Below, piece after piece: positions 8,871 to 16,284 of a stretch of 28,443 nt of DNA. Within the stretch, counting starts at the first letter, position 1. The number at the start of each line of letters is the position of its first letter. The position numbers were made by a program, and so were the translations under genes. Where the stretch lies: the IMG/VR virus record IMGVR_UViG_3300029825_000558. One strand, 5' to 3'. This DNA is from a virus. The notes under the pieces were generated by a model, which saw only the letters and a list, made by a program, of their open reading frames with translations, did no database searches and was not told the origin of the DNA.

Positions 8871-9093
8871 AATGGTTTATTCTGAGGCTCTTATCTACTT
8901 GTTTATTGGTGCCGCTATTTTTGGGGTTGCAGCTTGGTTCTATTTCGTGTATGTTTGGTACCGAGCTGAGAAGCGATACATGGCTTACAAAATGAAATTG
9001 CTGCTAAACCATGATTATGAGACCTTTAAGCAAGTATGTGAAATGGAGATGAGGGAGTTCGTTAAAGAGGGGGGGAGAAGGAATGAAGTTTGA
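8863..9093 (+). CDS. Small single-TM protein, 76 aa
   Basis: Track ORF overlapping the int stop; one TM. Confidence 0.65.
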   Translation: MFEMVYSEALIYLFIGAAIFGVAAWFYFVYVWYRAEKRYMAYKMKLLLNHDYETFKQVCEMEMREFVKEGGRRNEV

Positions 9094-9349
9094 TGTCGAA
9101 AAATTAATGATCCTCTCGGGGTTGATTGGGTTAGGCACTGGCGCCGCCATAACTGGCGTGGTAGTGGGGTATATACTGAGAGAGTTTCAGTGGTATGCAT
9201 CAGATGCCTGTGATATGCTCGTGGTTCTTTCGCTGGCATACCTTCTCGGTATATTAATCACGCTCCGGTTGTTAACACCGAAAAAGAGGTTTTTTACGGT
9301 GGAGGATGTCATGAGTGACGAGTGTCCTAAACCGTCTGAAAAGTTGTAA
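9083..9349 (+). CDS. Small two-TM protein, 88 aa
   Basis: Track ORF; GGAGA RBS; two hydrophobic segments. Confidence 0.65.
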   Translation: MKFDVEKLMILSGLIGLGTGAAITGVVVGYILREFQWYASDACDMLVVLSLAYLLGILITLRLLTPKKRFFTVEDVMSDECPKPSEKL

Positions 9350-9504
9350 GATATCGGACAATTCACCTATCACTTTTTTCTGAAACAGATATATCAGTCC
9401 GAGACCCAATAATAAACCATATTCCGCTATATCGAATGGGGCCCTAACTGGCCGTTTTTAGGGGCCAGATGGGTGCTGAGAGATATTTGAAAAGTGATTA
9501 CCTA

Positions 9505-9678
9505 TCATTCCTCGGGGGAAGAGTGATAGATCCTAGAGTGGAGGTAGATCACACCCCCTATGGCGAACATCAACCCCGCGATCAACAAGATTTGACATAG
9601 GAGATCCCCCGCCATCAGTCCGAGAGAGTCAGTATGCGGCAACAGCCCAAAATCATCAGCGGTGATGTTGGATATCAT
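9505..9678 (-). CDS. Small TM protein, 57 aa (MISNITADD...SSPEE), last gene of the early operon
   Basis: Hand translation; ATGA overlap with the stop of 9675..10100; followed by stacked stops and a T-run. Confidence 0.55.
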   Translation of the reverse strand: MISNITADDFGLLPHTDSLGLMAGDLLCQILLIAGLMFAIGGVIYLHSRIYHSSPEE

Positions 9679-10100
9679 GGTGCCCGCGGGAGGGAGCTGA
9701 TCACCTTCATCCGAGCCCTTAACGCCTCCCTCATCAGTTGCTCCTTCGTCTGCTCACATGCGGCTGCGTTGGGAACCACGCCCTGCATCTGCATGTAGGA
9801 GTAGATGGCTTTACCAGCCTCCTGCACGTATTCAGAGCAGGTGATAGATCCTCCTCTGTCCCGGAGGAGCCTGACGTCCTGAATGCCGCTGTAGATTTCC
9901 GCGTACATGGAGAACACCTCGAAACACCGGGCCAAACCAGCCCAATATTCTCCGGTCATGTTGTCGGCAACGTAGCGGCCCAACACATTGAGACAGATCA
10001 ATTCCTGCATGTCTTCCAGGGAGACATGCCCTTCTTTGACCCAGAATACCTTATCCAGCCCTTCAATCATGTTTTGCATGATTGTTTCCCTGCTCAACAT
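9675..10100 (-). CDS. Hypothetical protein, 141 aa
   Basis: Track ORF starting right after a junction motif. Confidence 0.75.
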   Translation of the reverse strand: MLSRETIMQNMIEGLDKVFWVKEGHVSLEDMQELICLNVLGRYVADNMTGEYWAGLARCFEVFSMYAEIYSGIQDVRLLRDRGGSITCSEYVQEAGKAIYSYMQMQGVVPNAAACEQTKEQLMREALRARMKVISSLPRAP

Positions 10101-10103
10101 CTT

Positions 10104-10286
10104 TCACCTCTCTACCAGCCCTTCCGAGTAACCTCTTGCCAGCAGGTCGGCGCGGATATCGCCCCCGGAGTGATCGGGGCAATAGGGGTAGATATCCCCA
10201 TCGGCACACTCGACATATTGCCAACCCACCACAGGCTCTTCTTCGGACTCGCCCTCCTTCCCACACAGCACGCATTTATGGATCAT
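10104..10286 (-). CDS. Zn-finger micro-protein, 60 aa (CxxC...C...YCxxH), ends LVER
   Basis: Track ORF flanked by junction motifs. Confidence 0.75.
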   Translation of the reverse strand: MIHKCVLCGKEGESEEEPVVGWQYVECADGDIYPYCPDHSGGDIRADLLARGYSEGLVER

Positions 10287-10481
10287 CTATTGCCCCTCTA
10301 CCAGCAGATCGATCTGCTGCATAAAATATTCTTGATCGGGATCTTCTCGACGCAGCCGGGCCATGAACGCCCCATACCACACCCCAAATAGGTCGGGGCT
10401 CCCTAGAGCGGTTTCAACCTCCAGCAGGCCGAGGTAGTATGTGGTGCAATCCCCCTGCACGGATCTTAACCATTCAAGCAC
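10287..10481 (-). CDS. Hypothetical protein, 64 aa, ends LVEGQ
   Basis: Track ORF flanked by junction motifs. Confidence 0.7.
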   Translation of the reverse strand: MLEWLRSVQGDCTTYYLGLLEVETALGSPDLFGVWYGAFMARLRREDPDQEYFMQQIDLLVEGQ

Positions 10482-10487
10482 GATCTT

Positions 10488-10685
10488 TCACCTCTCTACC
10501 AGGGCATCAACCGCCCTGCGGTTACATTCGACACATAGCCCCTTTCCGACCTCAATGAAAGTCATCGATGGGAACAAGTGTGCGGGGTAGACCTCGCGGG
10601 CCGCTGCCAGGCTGTCAGCCAGCAGATACCAACCGCCCCGGATGATCTCTTCATTCGCGGATTCAACGCGGAATACTAGCTTCAT
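10488..10685 (-). CDS. Hypothetical protein, 65 aa (CxxC), ends LVER
   Basis: Track ORF flanked by junction motifs. Confidence 0.7.
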   Translation of the reverse strand: MKLVFRVESANEEIIRGGWYLLADSLAAAREVYPAHLFPSMTFIEVGKGLCVECNRRAVDALVER

Positions 10686-10696
10686 CCTTCAGTCCT

Positions 10697-10969
10697 CTAC
10701 CACGGCTTGTAACGGTAGTTGATGTGATAGGACCAATGATACTCACAGTACCTATACCCACAATCAGGACACTCTCTTACTTCCCCGCTGCACGTGGTAG
10801 CACTCATCTCACACATACCCCGGTCTCGTCGCTCCTGCCTTAGTTCTGAATTAGACCCAGGGGGACGGCAGGGGTGATTCACCCAGGCAGCACGATTATA
10901 GGGATGCAGTCGCGTCTTACCATCTGTTCCGACGATGGGAGGATATTTTTCTACCATGCTTTTACTCAT
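10697..10969 (-). CDS. Zn-finger protein, 90 aa (C...C...CPDC...YCEYH)
   Basis: Track ORF; AN1-like Cys/His spacing. Confidence 0.7.
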   Translation of the reverse strand: MSKSMVEKYPPIVGTDGKTRLHPYNRAAWVNHPCRPPGSNSELRQERRDRGMCEMSATTCSGEVRECPDCGYRYCEYHWSYHINYRYKPW

Positions 10970-11996
10970 CTACCATCTTTTCAACTTCTGCGATTGCCTG
11001 GAAGATAGGATAGACCTGTTGAGGTACTACCGCGTTTCCGAGACATCGCAGCCTGTCCACCCGATGGGAAATCCCATCAGCCACTCCACAAACTCCGGAT
11101 TCAAGTACTGGGGATGGCATTTCCCTTTCTCCCCACGATACGGGTTGTGCGAACCGCCCCATTCGTCTATCCTGCCGTTCTGGTTCCCGGAGACCGAAGT
11201 GGGGGTGTAGAACATCCCGCGAATCAGTGCCCCTGGCACCGTGTCCCGGTGCAGTTGCGATGGGGGAAGCGTCGAGTTCTTCGCATCCTGGGCGCAGGGG
11301 GTCGGGACCATCTGCAGGACCGCCGTCTGTAGGTTCAGCCCTCCGGTGCCGTGCTCCCCCGCTCCGGTGTGACAATTCGCGTGCGGAGTGGGATACATCC
11401 TCGCGGCGCCCACGAGGGTCGGTACTGGTTTGGATGGGTCGCCCCTCGAGTACTGATAGGCGTGCCCCTGGGCATCTGCCCGCGTCATCGTGGGCCACAA
11501 TGAATACCCGATCTCGCATGTGCGGGGCACCGACCCCCGCAGCCGGAAGAAGGAACGCCCGGCAGGAGTAACCCGCACACTCCAGGTCAGTAAGCACGTC
11601 ATCGAGTGCCAGACTGACGAGGCCAGCAACATTCTCTCCAATGACCCAAGTGGGCCGGAGTTCCTGCACCACTCTAAGCATTTCCGGCCAGAGGTGACGG
11701 TCATCCTCCGTGCCTCGGCGCTTCCCGGCACAGGAGAACGGCTGGCAGGGGAAGCCTCCGGACAGTACGGTCGGTGCATGTTCGATGCCGGCTTCCCGGA
11801 CAGTGTGAATTGTGACATCCTTGATATCCTCCCATCGCGGCACATCGGGCCAGTGCTTTTTTAGGATCTTGTTCGCGTAGTCGCTCTTTTCGACCTGACC
11901 GACCGTCTGAAACCCGACCCACTCGGCGGCCAGGTCGAGCCCGCCAATCCCGCTGAATAGCGAGAAGTGGGTGAGGGGTATGCTACCGCTTGTCAT
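10962..11996 (-). CDS. C5 cytosine DNA methyltransferase, alpha polypeptide (344 aa)
   Basis: Motif I FSLFSGIGG, IV GGFPCQPFS, VI ENV, VIII PHMRDRVF, X LGNAVVP; motif IX is absent from this frame. Confidence 0.93.
   Translation of the reverse strand: MTSGSIPLTHFSLFSGIGGLDLAAEWVGFQTVGQVEKSDYANKILKKHWPDVPRWEDIKDVTIHTVREAGIEHAPTVLSGGFPCQPFSCAGKRRGTEDDRHLWPEMLRVVQELRPTWVIGENVAGLVSLALDDVLTDLECAGYSCRAFLLPAAGVGAPHMRDRVFIVAHDDAGRCPGARLSVLEGRPIQTSTDPRGRREDVSHSARELSHRSGGARHRRAEPTDGGPADGPDPLRPGCEELDASPIATAPGHGARGTDSRDVLHPHFGLREPERQDRRMGRFAQPVSWGEREMPSPVLESGVCGVADGISHRVDRLRCLGNAVVPQQVYPIFQAIAEVEKMVDE
11027..11818 (-). CDS. C5 methyltransferase beta polypeptide nested in an alternative frame (~263 aa, start MSQFTLS)
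   Basis: Carries the motif IX-like LNPEFVEWLMGFPIGWT and repeated WPT/YPTP/VPTP units; GGGAGG RBS ~10 nt before the ATG. Confidence 0.75.
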   Translation of the reverse strand: MSQFTLSGKPASNMHRPYCPEASPASRSPVPGSAEARRMTVTSGRKCLEWCRNSGPLGSLERMLLASSVWHSMTCLLTWSVRVTPAGRSFFRLRGSVPRTCEIGYSLWPTMTRADAQGHAYQYSRGDPSKPVPTLVGAARMYPTPHANCHTGAGEHGTGGLNLQTAVLQMVPTPCAQDAKNSTLPPSQLHRDTVPGALIRGMFYTPTSVSGNQNGRIDEWGGSHNPYRGEKGKCHPQYLNPEFVEWLMGFPIGWTGCDVSETR

Positions 11997-12198
11997 TGCA
12001 GTCCTCTACCAGCCCAACCGCCTCTTTAAAGCGAATTTCGATCTCATCAACCAAGTCTTCCACTGTTTTAGTTAATTCTCCGTTCCTGAGAGCTTTTTCA
12101 AGCACCTCTAAGACCATTGTTCCGAAATCATCGTTCCATTCTTCTTCCGATGATTTTATATCCATATGGTTGTACCGTTCTATTACCGATTTCTTCAT
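11983..12198 (-). CDS. Hypothetical acidic protein, 71 aa
   Basis: Track ORF flanked by junction motifs. Confidence 0.7.
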   Translation of the reverse strand: MKKSVIERYNHMDIKSSEEEWNDDFGTMVLEVLEKALRNGELTKTVEDLVDEIEIRFKEAVGLVEDCNDKR

Positions 12199-12226
12199 TT
12201 TTCATTAACCTCCGTACTACTGTTTT

Positions 12227-12448
12227 CTACCATTTGCGCTCCCTTTGGCATTGTAGGGCGCGTTTGCCTTCGGCATATTCACACCATGACAAGTAAGACA
12301 CATACGCCAAAGATCCAAGGAATGATGTGGAGTCTTCCGGCTCCGGCTCTGGCCGGTGCGTGGGCTCTACGTGCGTCAACTCCAGAAGTTTCAGCATCAA
12401 TAGAATCCACATTACCAGTGCCGCTAGAATTACTACGATCTCCGTCAT
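12227..12448 (-). CDS. Small TM protein, 73 aa
   Basis: Track ORF; N-terminal hydrophobic helix; its stop is the TAG of the motif. Confidence 0.65.
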   Translation of the reverse strand: MTEIVVILAALVMWILLMLKLLELTHVEPTHRPEPEPEDSTSFLGSLAYVSYLSWCEYAEGKRALQCQRERKW

Positions 12449-12449
12449 G

Positions 12450-12623
12450 CTATCTCTCCTCTACCACGAGCCTGCGGATCTCGTCCCGGGGCGACAGGAT
12501 CGTCGGGTCCGGGCAGTGCTCGTCGCAGGCGTACAGCAGACCATACTCGGCTCCAGCCCGGCGGATCTCAATCTCCCAGGTTGCCGGGCGGTTGCAGCCT
12601 CTGGTTGTGCAGTTCGGCATCAT
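12450..12623 (-). CDS. Zn-finger micro-protein, 57 aa (MMPNCTTRGC...YACDEHC...LVVEER)
   Basis: Hand translation between two junction motifs. Confidence 0.7.
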   Translation of the reverse strand: MMPNCTTRGCNRPATWEIEIRRAGAEYGLLYACDEHCPDPTILSPRDEIRRLVVEER

Positions 12624-12626
12624 GGT

Positions 12627-12761
12627 TCACTCCTCTACCACGAAGTGTTTACACTGCTCACGCCGTATCGGGGGCTCGTTGTAGGGCCAACAGACCCTCA
12701 ATGACGCTCCGGGGCGGAAGCATTTTTTGCCATCTGTGCTCTGATATTTGCACCTCGCCAT
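12627..12761 (-). CDS. Cys-rich micro-protein, 44 aa (MARCKYQ...CKHFVVEE)
   Basis: Hand translation between two junction motifs; four Cys. Confidence 0.65.
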   Translation of the reverse strand: MARCKYQSTDGKKCFRPGASLRVCWPYNEPPIRREQCKHFVVEE

Positions 12762-12763
12762 CT

Positions 12764-13093
12764 CTATCTCTCCTCTACCATCTTGCCCGCGTCCCCGTCT
12801 CGGATCTCAGCGAGGTTGCCAGCGGCGATCTCGTTGAGGTCGAGGATGCAGGCCGGGATCGTGGGGTCGCCTAGACGCCAGTATTCATGCATCGATGCTG
12901 ATATCTCCCGAAGGATAGCCTCTTCGAGATCACAGGCCTCTTCTTCGGAGCGGCACTCGGCCAGGGGCCAAATGTACGTGTGGATGACTGCATAGACATT
13001 GCCTCGGGTGGTGTGCTCTAGACTGCCGAACGCAGAGATCGGAAACGTCGCTACTTTGCCCCCGGAACGGGCACGGATAAAAATTGGTTCCAT
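12764..13093 (-). CDS. Hypothetical protein, 109 aa, ends MVEER
   Basis: Track ORF flanked by junction motifs. Confidence 0.75.
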   Translation of the reverse strand: MEPIFIRARSGGKVATFPISAFGSLEHTTRGNVYAVIHTYIWPLAECRSEEEACDLEEAILREISASMHEYWRLGDPTIPACILDLNEIAAGNLAEIRDGDAGKMVEER

Positions 13094-13096
13094 CTT

Positions 13097-13252
13097 CTAC
13101 TCCTCTACCACTTCAGGCAGCGGGTCTAGCCGCACCACCTTGATACGTAGACCTTGCCACGCTAGCGGGAGGTTGGCGCGGGCGCTATACTGGTTCCCAG
13201 AGCGCACGACCATTTCAATAGCCTCGTACCCCTCAATCTCATAACGATCCAT
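13097..13252 (-). CDS. DUF2080-like (AbrB-type beta) small archaeal protein, 51 aa
   Basis: Hand translation MDRYEIEGYEAIEMVVRSGNQYSARANLPLAWQGLRIKVVRLDPLPEVVEE matches the (F/Y)EIEGYE...LPxxWxGxxhKhVRL pattern. Confidence 0.7.
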   Translation of the reverse strand: MDRYEIEGYEAIEMVVRSGNQYSARANLPLAWQGLRIKVVRLDPLPEVVEE

Positions 13253-13269
13253 TCAAACCACCACGGGAA

Positions 13270-13545
13270 TTATTTGGCCGAGGCTATGACCTTCATAAGC
13301 CTCGTGTATCCTGCCTTGATCTGACGGTATGTGTTTTCTGGGAGTTGGTCCTTCTTGAGTGCAATTGCTTCGATAATCTTGTCTCTCTGCCTCTCGTCAA
13401 AACAGATGCGGTACTTTTTTGAGTAGACTGCTCCCTTCTTACCCTGGCCGCGACCACTTGCTGCCACATCAAACGCTCTGACTTCAACGCCCTCGATACC
13501 TTTGCAGATATCGCCCGCCTCGATGATGGTTGTCTGTACTTCCAT
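13270..13545 (-). CDS. Hypothetical protein, 91 aa
   Basis: Track ORF; GGAGA RBS; downstream of an internal promoter. Confidence 0.75.
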   Translation of the reverse strand: MEVQTTIIEAGDICKGIEGVEVRAFDVAASGRGQGKKGAVYSKKYRICFDERQRDKIIEAIALKKDQLPENTYRQIKAGYTRLMKVIASAK

Positions 13546-13562
13546 TTGTCTCGTCTCCTTGT

Positions 13563-13605
13563 TACAATACCTATATTATATCTATTAGTATAAATAGGTA
13601 TTGTA
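13563..13605 (-). promoter_or_regulatory. Internal promoter with a perfect 12-bp inverted repeat (TACAATACCTAT-N19-ATAGGTATTGTA) enclosing the TATA box TTTATA
   Basis: Direct reading; AT-rich gap in the array. Confidence 0.75.
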
Positions 13606-13638
13606 TGAGGTAAGGATCTATCTATCGATCCTCTACCA

Positions 13639-13827
13639 TCACTCGTCCTCTAATGGGCACCGTGGATCAATCTCATCCAGGCGGTCTTTGTGCAGTACAA
13701 GCCTTTTATCTTGCCCCAAACACCAAACCTCGGTGTAGTGCTCTCCCTCTTCCCCTAACCCAGGCAAGTACTCTTCAGATGCCCAAGGACATTCCCGGCA
13801 AGAGGGAACTTTTATTATTTTCACCAT
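13639..13827 (-). CDS. Cys-containing micro-protein, 62 aa (CRECPW...WC...CPL)
   Basis: Track ORF flanked by motifs. Confidence 0.7.
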   Translation of the reverse strand: MVKIIKVPSCRECPWASEEYLPGLGEEGEHYTEVWCLGQDKRLVLHKDRLDEIDPRCPLEDE

Positions 13828-14022
13828 TCACCTCTCTATCAACTGTTTTTCTTCGATATCCTTCCGTACAGAAGCCCCTTCCAAAAGGACAAGTGCCCCA
13901 ATAATGGCGAAAAGACTCAGTATCCCCAAGTCCTGATCCAATGTAGGCGCGGCGATCAGACAACCGAGCCCTGTGATACCTAGTGCCGTACCTAAGATCA
14001 AATCAAATTTCCATTTAGACAT
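13828..14022 (-). CDS. Two-TM micro-protein, 64 aa, ends LIER
   Basis: Track ORF. Confidence 0.7.
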   Translation of the reverse strand: MSKWKFDLILGTALGITGLGCLIAAPTLDQDLGILSLFAIIGALVLLEGASVRKDIEEKQLIER

Positions 14023-14350
14023 CGTTTTCCTCCGTACTGCTGTTTTCTACCATCTGAAAAGGGTAATTTCTCGCCCTGTTGAGTATGGCAAGTACCTGAT
14101 CAGGAGTCTGGTAACCTGCTACGGCGTCGTCTTCGTCGTTGGTGAGAGCCTTTGTGATTGTTTCTTGGTTGGCGTCCCACGCCATTACTTCAGCCGTCTT
14201 GCTCGCCCAATATCTCCGATCCTGGTTGCTAGTTAATATCTCGTCATAGTTGTCTGTGTGCGTCCCTGGATGGAACTGTACGGAGACAGTCACGCCGTTT
14301 TCAAAGGTGATGTGGAAACCACCTTTCCCAGTTACTTTGAATCCTGTCAT
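14015..14350 (-). CDS. Hypothetical protein, 111 aa (GFHITFENGVTVSVQF...TAEV)
   Basis: Track ORF after a junction motif. Confidence 0.75.
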   Translation of the reverse strand: MTGFKVTGKGGFHITFENGVTVSVQFHPGTHTDNYDEILTSNQDRRYWASKTAEVMAWDANQETITKALTNDEDDAVAGYQTPDQVLAILNRARNYPFQMVENSSTEENDV

Positions 14351-14351
14351 A

Positions 14352-14666
14352 TCACTCCTCTACCAAGCTAGGAATCTCGCCATATTCGCGTGCCTTGGCC
14401 TTCACTCAGTTGAATACCACCTCAGGGTCAACAACTGTCTTGGTGGGGTCGGCCAAGTCTGCGATAATTGCGCTGTAGGTGCGCCGGATGAGGGCCGGTA
14501 ACGATGGGCTCTCGGTAAATGGTCCGAAATCAACTAGGTTATAGCAAGCGCCCAGAACATCCTCTGCAACAACCCGAGTGGGTTCATTCCAGGTACCATC
14601 TATGCAAATTCTGACGACCTGAGAACTGTTCACGCATAATCCCGGTTCAACATGCAACAATTTCAT
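14352..14666 (-). CDS. 86-aa ORF (14406..14666) followed in frame, after one TGA, by 17 codons ending LVEE; possibly a truncated 104-codon gene
   Basis: Reads ...EVVFN*VKAKAREYGEIPSLVEE*. Confidence 0.6.
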
Positions 14667-14680
14667 AATCTACTCCTTTT

Positions 14681-14773
14681 CTACCATTCATTCCACCCGG
14701 GGTCTTGGAGTTCGACAAGTCTTGAGGTCGGCGTTGCGTCATCGCCTTCGCCCAAAAATACCTGATACCACAT
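14681..14773 (-). CDS. 30-aa micro-ORF copy A (MWYQVFLGEGDDATPTSRLVELQDPGWNEW)
   Basis: Hand translation; within a 113-bp unit duplicated at 15444-15556. Confidence 0.6.
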   Translation of the reverse strand: MWYQVFLGEGDDATPTSRLVELQDPGWNEW

Positions 14774-14793
14774 CGTCTATCTCTCCTCTACCA

Positions 14794-14937
14794 TCACGCC
14801 TTTTTTGCCTTCGACCAGACAGCAACCGGGAATGGCATCCCAGGGGTGTCTCGATATACACATTCGGGCGGTACCGCTCGACGAGATGTTTCTACCCGGC
14901 AGTTGTAATTGCACTCTTTGCATTCGTATACAGGCAT
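14794..14937 (-). CDS. Zn-ribbon micro-protein, 47 aa (MPVYECKECNYNC...)
   Basis: Hand translation between junction motifs. Confidence 0.65.
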   Translation of the reverse strand: MPVYECKECNYNCRVETSRRAVPPECVYRDTPGMPFPVAVWSKAKKA

Positions 14938-14940
14938 GTT

Positions 14941-15234
14941 TCACCCCTCTACCCGCCCTAGCGCTGCCTGCTCCTCGTCGCGGTTCCGCCACGTGAGGAA
15001 CATCGTCATTTGCTCGTCGCTCAGGTCTGCGACGAGGAGTACCGCGGGCCCCGGGTATCCATCGCCCGGGCACTCTGCCGTGGGGTAGATCCAGAGGCTC
15101 CCGCCGCAAATCGGGCAGTCATCCGGGCCTGCCGGGTAGCAGGAGCACGGGGCCGCGACCCCGCAGAGGTTCGGCTCCTGGTGCTCACATTTTTCGTAGT
15201 GGATGCAATCCTCGAAACAAGTCATTCCTTTCAC
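14941..15234 (-). CDS. Cys-rich protein, 97 aa, paralog A
   Basis: Track ORF; 73/97 aa identical to 15743..16036 by manual comparison. Confidence 0.8.
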   Translation of the reverse strand: MKGMTCFEDCIHYEKCEHQEPNLCGVAAPCSCYPAGPDDCPICGGSLWIYPTAECPGDGYPGPAVLLVADLSDEQMTMFLTWRNRDEEQAALGRVEG

Positions 15235-15238
15235 TCCT

Positions 15239-15415
15239 CTACCAGGAAGCCCCGACCCTCCGGTCTTCCGCGTCCTGATCGTCCGGACTCAGGCTGTCGT
15301 ACATCGCTTCTGCCTTTGCCTCGCATTCCGAGCACATCGCCCAATCCTCTTCCCAGAGGGCGGCGGTTTCGACAGTCAATTCCTTTCCACAGTTGCATTT
15401 CCTTACTTCTTCCAT
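15239..15415 (-). CDS. Zn-finger micro-protein, 58 aa (MEEVRKCNCG...MCSECE...)
   Basis: Hand translation; GGAGG RBS; its stop is the TAG of the motif. Confidence 0.7.
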   Translation of the reverse strand: MEEVRKCNCGKELTVETAALWEEDWAMCSECEAKAEAMYDSLSPDDQDAEDRRVGASW

Positions 15416-15443
15416 GATTCTCAGTCCTCCATGTTACGATTCT

Positions 15444-15536
15444 CTACCACTCATTCCACCCGGGGTCTTGGAGTTCGACAAGTCTTGAGGTCGGCGTTGC
15501 GTCATCGCCTTCGCCCAAAAATACCTGATACCACAT
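15444..15536 (-). CDS. 30-aa micro-ORF copy B (identical protein to 14681..14773)
   Basis: Hand translation. Confidence 0.6.
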   Translation of the reverse strand: MWYQVFLGEGDDATPTSRLVELQDPGWNEW

Positions 15537-15550
15537 CGTCTATCTCTCCT

Positions 15551-15739
15551 CTACCAGGGACATTCCCCGCTTTTAATCCAGCCATGTACCCAGGTCTGCC
15601 GGTAATCGCACTCAGGGCAGATCAATCCATCATTTGTTGCTATGAGGTCTCCGTGACCGTTCCCGCAGGTTAGCGGGTGGAATTTGCCGGATTGCTGATA
15701 CCTGTTGATATTTTCAACTTCCTCGTCGGTGAATATCAT
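15551..15739 (-). CDS. Zn-finger micro-protein, 62 aa (HPLTCGNGH...CPEC)
   Basis: Track ORF flanked by motifs. Confidence 0.75.
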   Translation of the reverse strand: MIFTDEEVENINRYQQSGKFHPLTCGNGHGDLIATNDGLICPECDYRQTWVHGWIKSGECPW

Positions 15740-15742
15740 CTT

Positions 15743-16036
15743 TCACTCCTCTACCAACTCAAGCGCCGCCATCTCTTCGTCGCGGTCCCGCCACATGAGG
15801 AGCATCGTCATCTGCTCATCGCTCAGGTCCACGGGCCGCAGGACGGCCGGACCCGGGTATCCATCGCCCGGGCACTCTGCCGTGGGGTAGATCCAGCATT
15901 TCCCGCCGCATTCCGGGCAGTCGTCAGAACAGAAGGGGAAGTGGCAGCACGGGGCCGCAACCCCACAGAGGTTCGGATTCAGGTGCTCACATTTTTCGTA
16001 GTAGATACAATCCTTGAAACAAGTCATTTCTTTCAC
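15743..16036 (-). CDS. Cys-rich protein, 97 aa, paralog B, ends LVEE
   Basis: Track ORF. Confidence 0.8.
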   Translation of the reverse strand: MKEMTCFKDCIYYEKCEHLNPNLCGVAAPCCHFPFCSDDCPECGGKCWIYPTAECPGDGYPGPAVLRPVDLSDEQMTMLLMWRDRDEEMAALELVEE

Positions 16037-16284
16037 TCCTCTACCATCTTAGGGGCGTTTGGTTTGCATTCTCCCCAGCGGATTTCTGCCATCTCTTCCT
16101 GCCATTGGTTGAGCTTGGCCTGGGAGACATACCCCTCTCCTTTGCAGAGCGAGCACGGGACAGACTCCCCGCATCCGTCGCACCCTAGATTCTCAGAACG
16201 CCTCTTGCATCCACCCAGATCGGTGGTTTGGCTCTTACAGAGCCTTCCATCTCCCCAACAAAGGGGACATTCAGCACTGTTCAT
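16033..16284 (-). CDS. DnaJ-like CxxCxGxG Zn-finger protein, 83 aa, ends MVEE
   Basis: CPLCWGDG, CDGC, CSLCKGEG. Confidence 0.75.
   Translation of the reverse strand: MNSAECPLCWGDGRLCKSQTTDLGGCKRRSENLGCDGCGESVPCSLCKGEGYVSQAKLNQWQEEMAEIRWGECKPNAPKMVEE

Noticed and set aside
7407-9504. attP near the integrase
   Set aside because: I found no tRNA-like or duplicated sequence in 7407-7642, 8104-8306 or 9350-9504; a host genome is needed to locate it.
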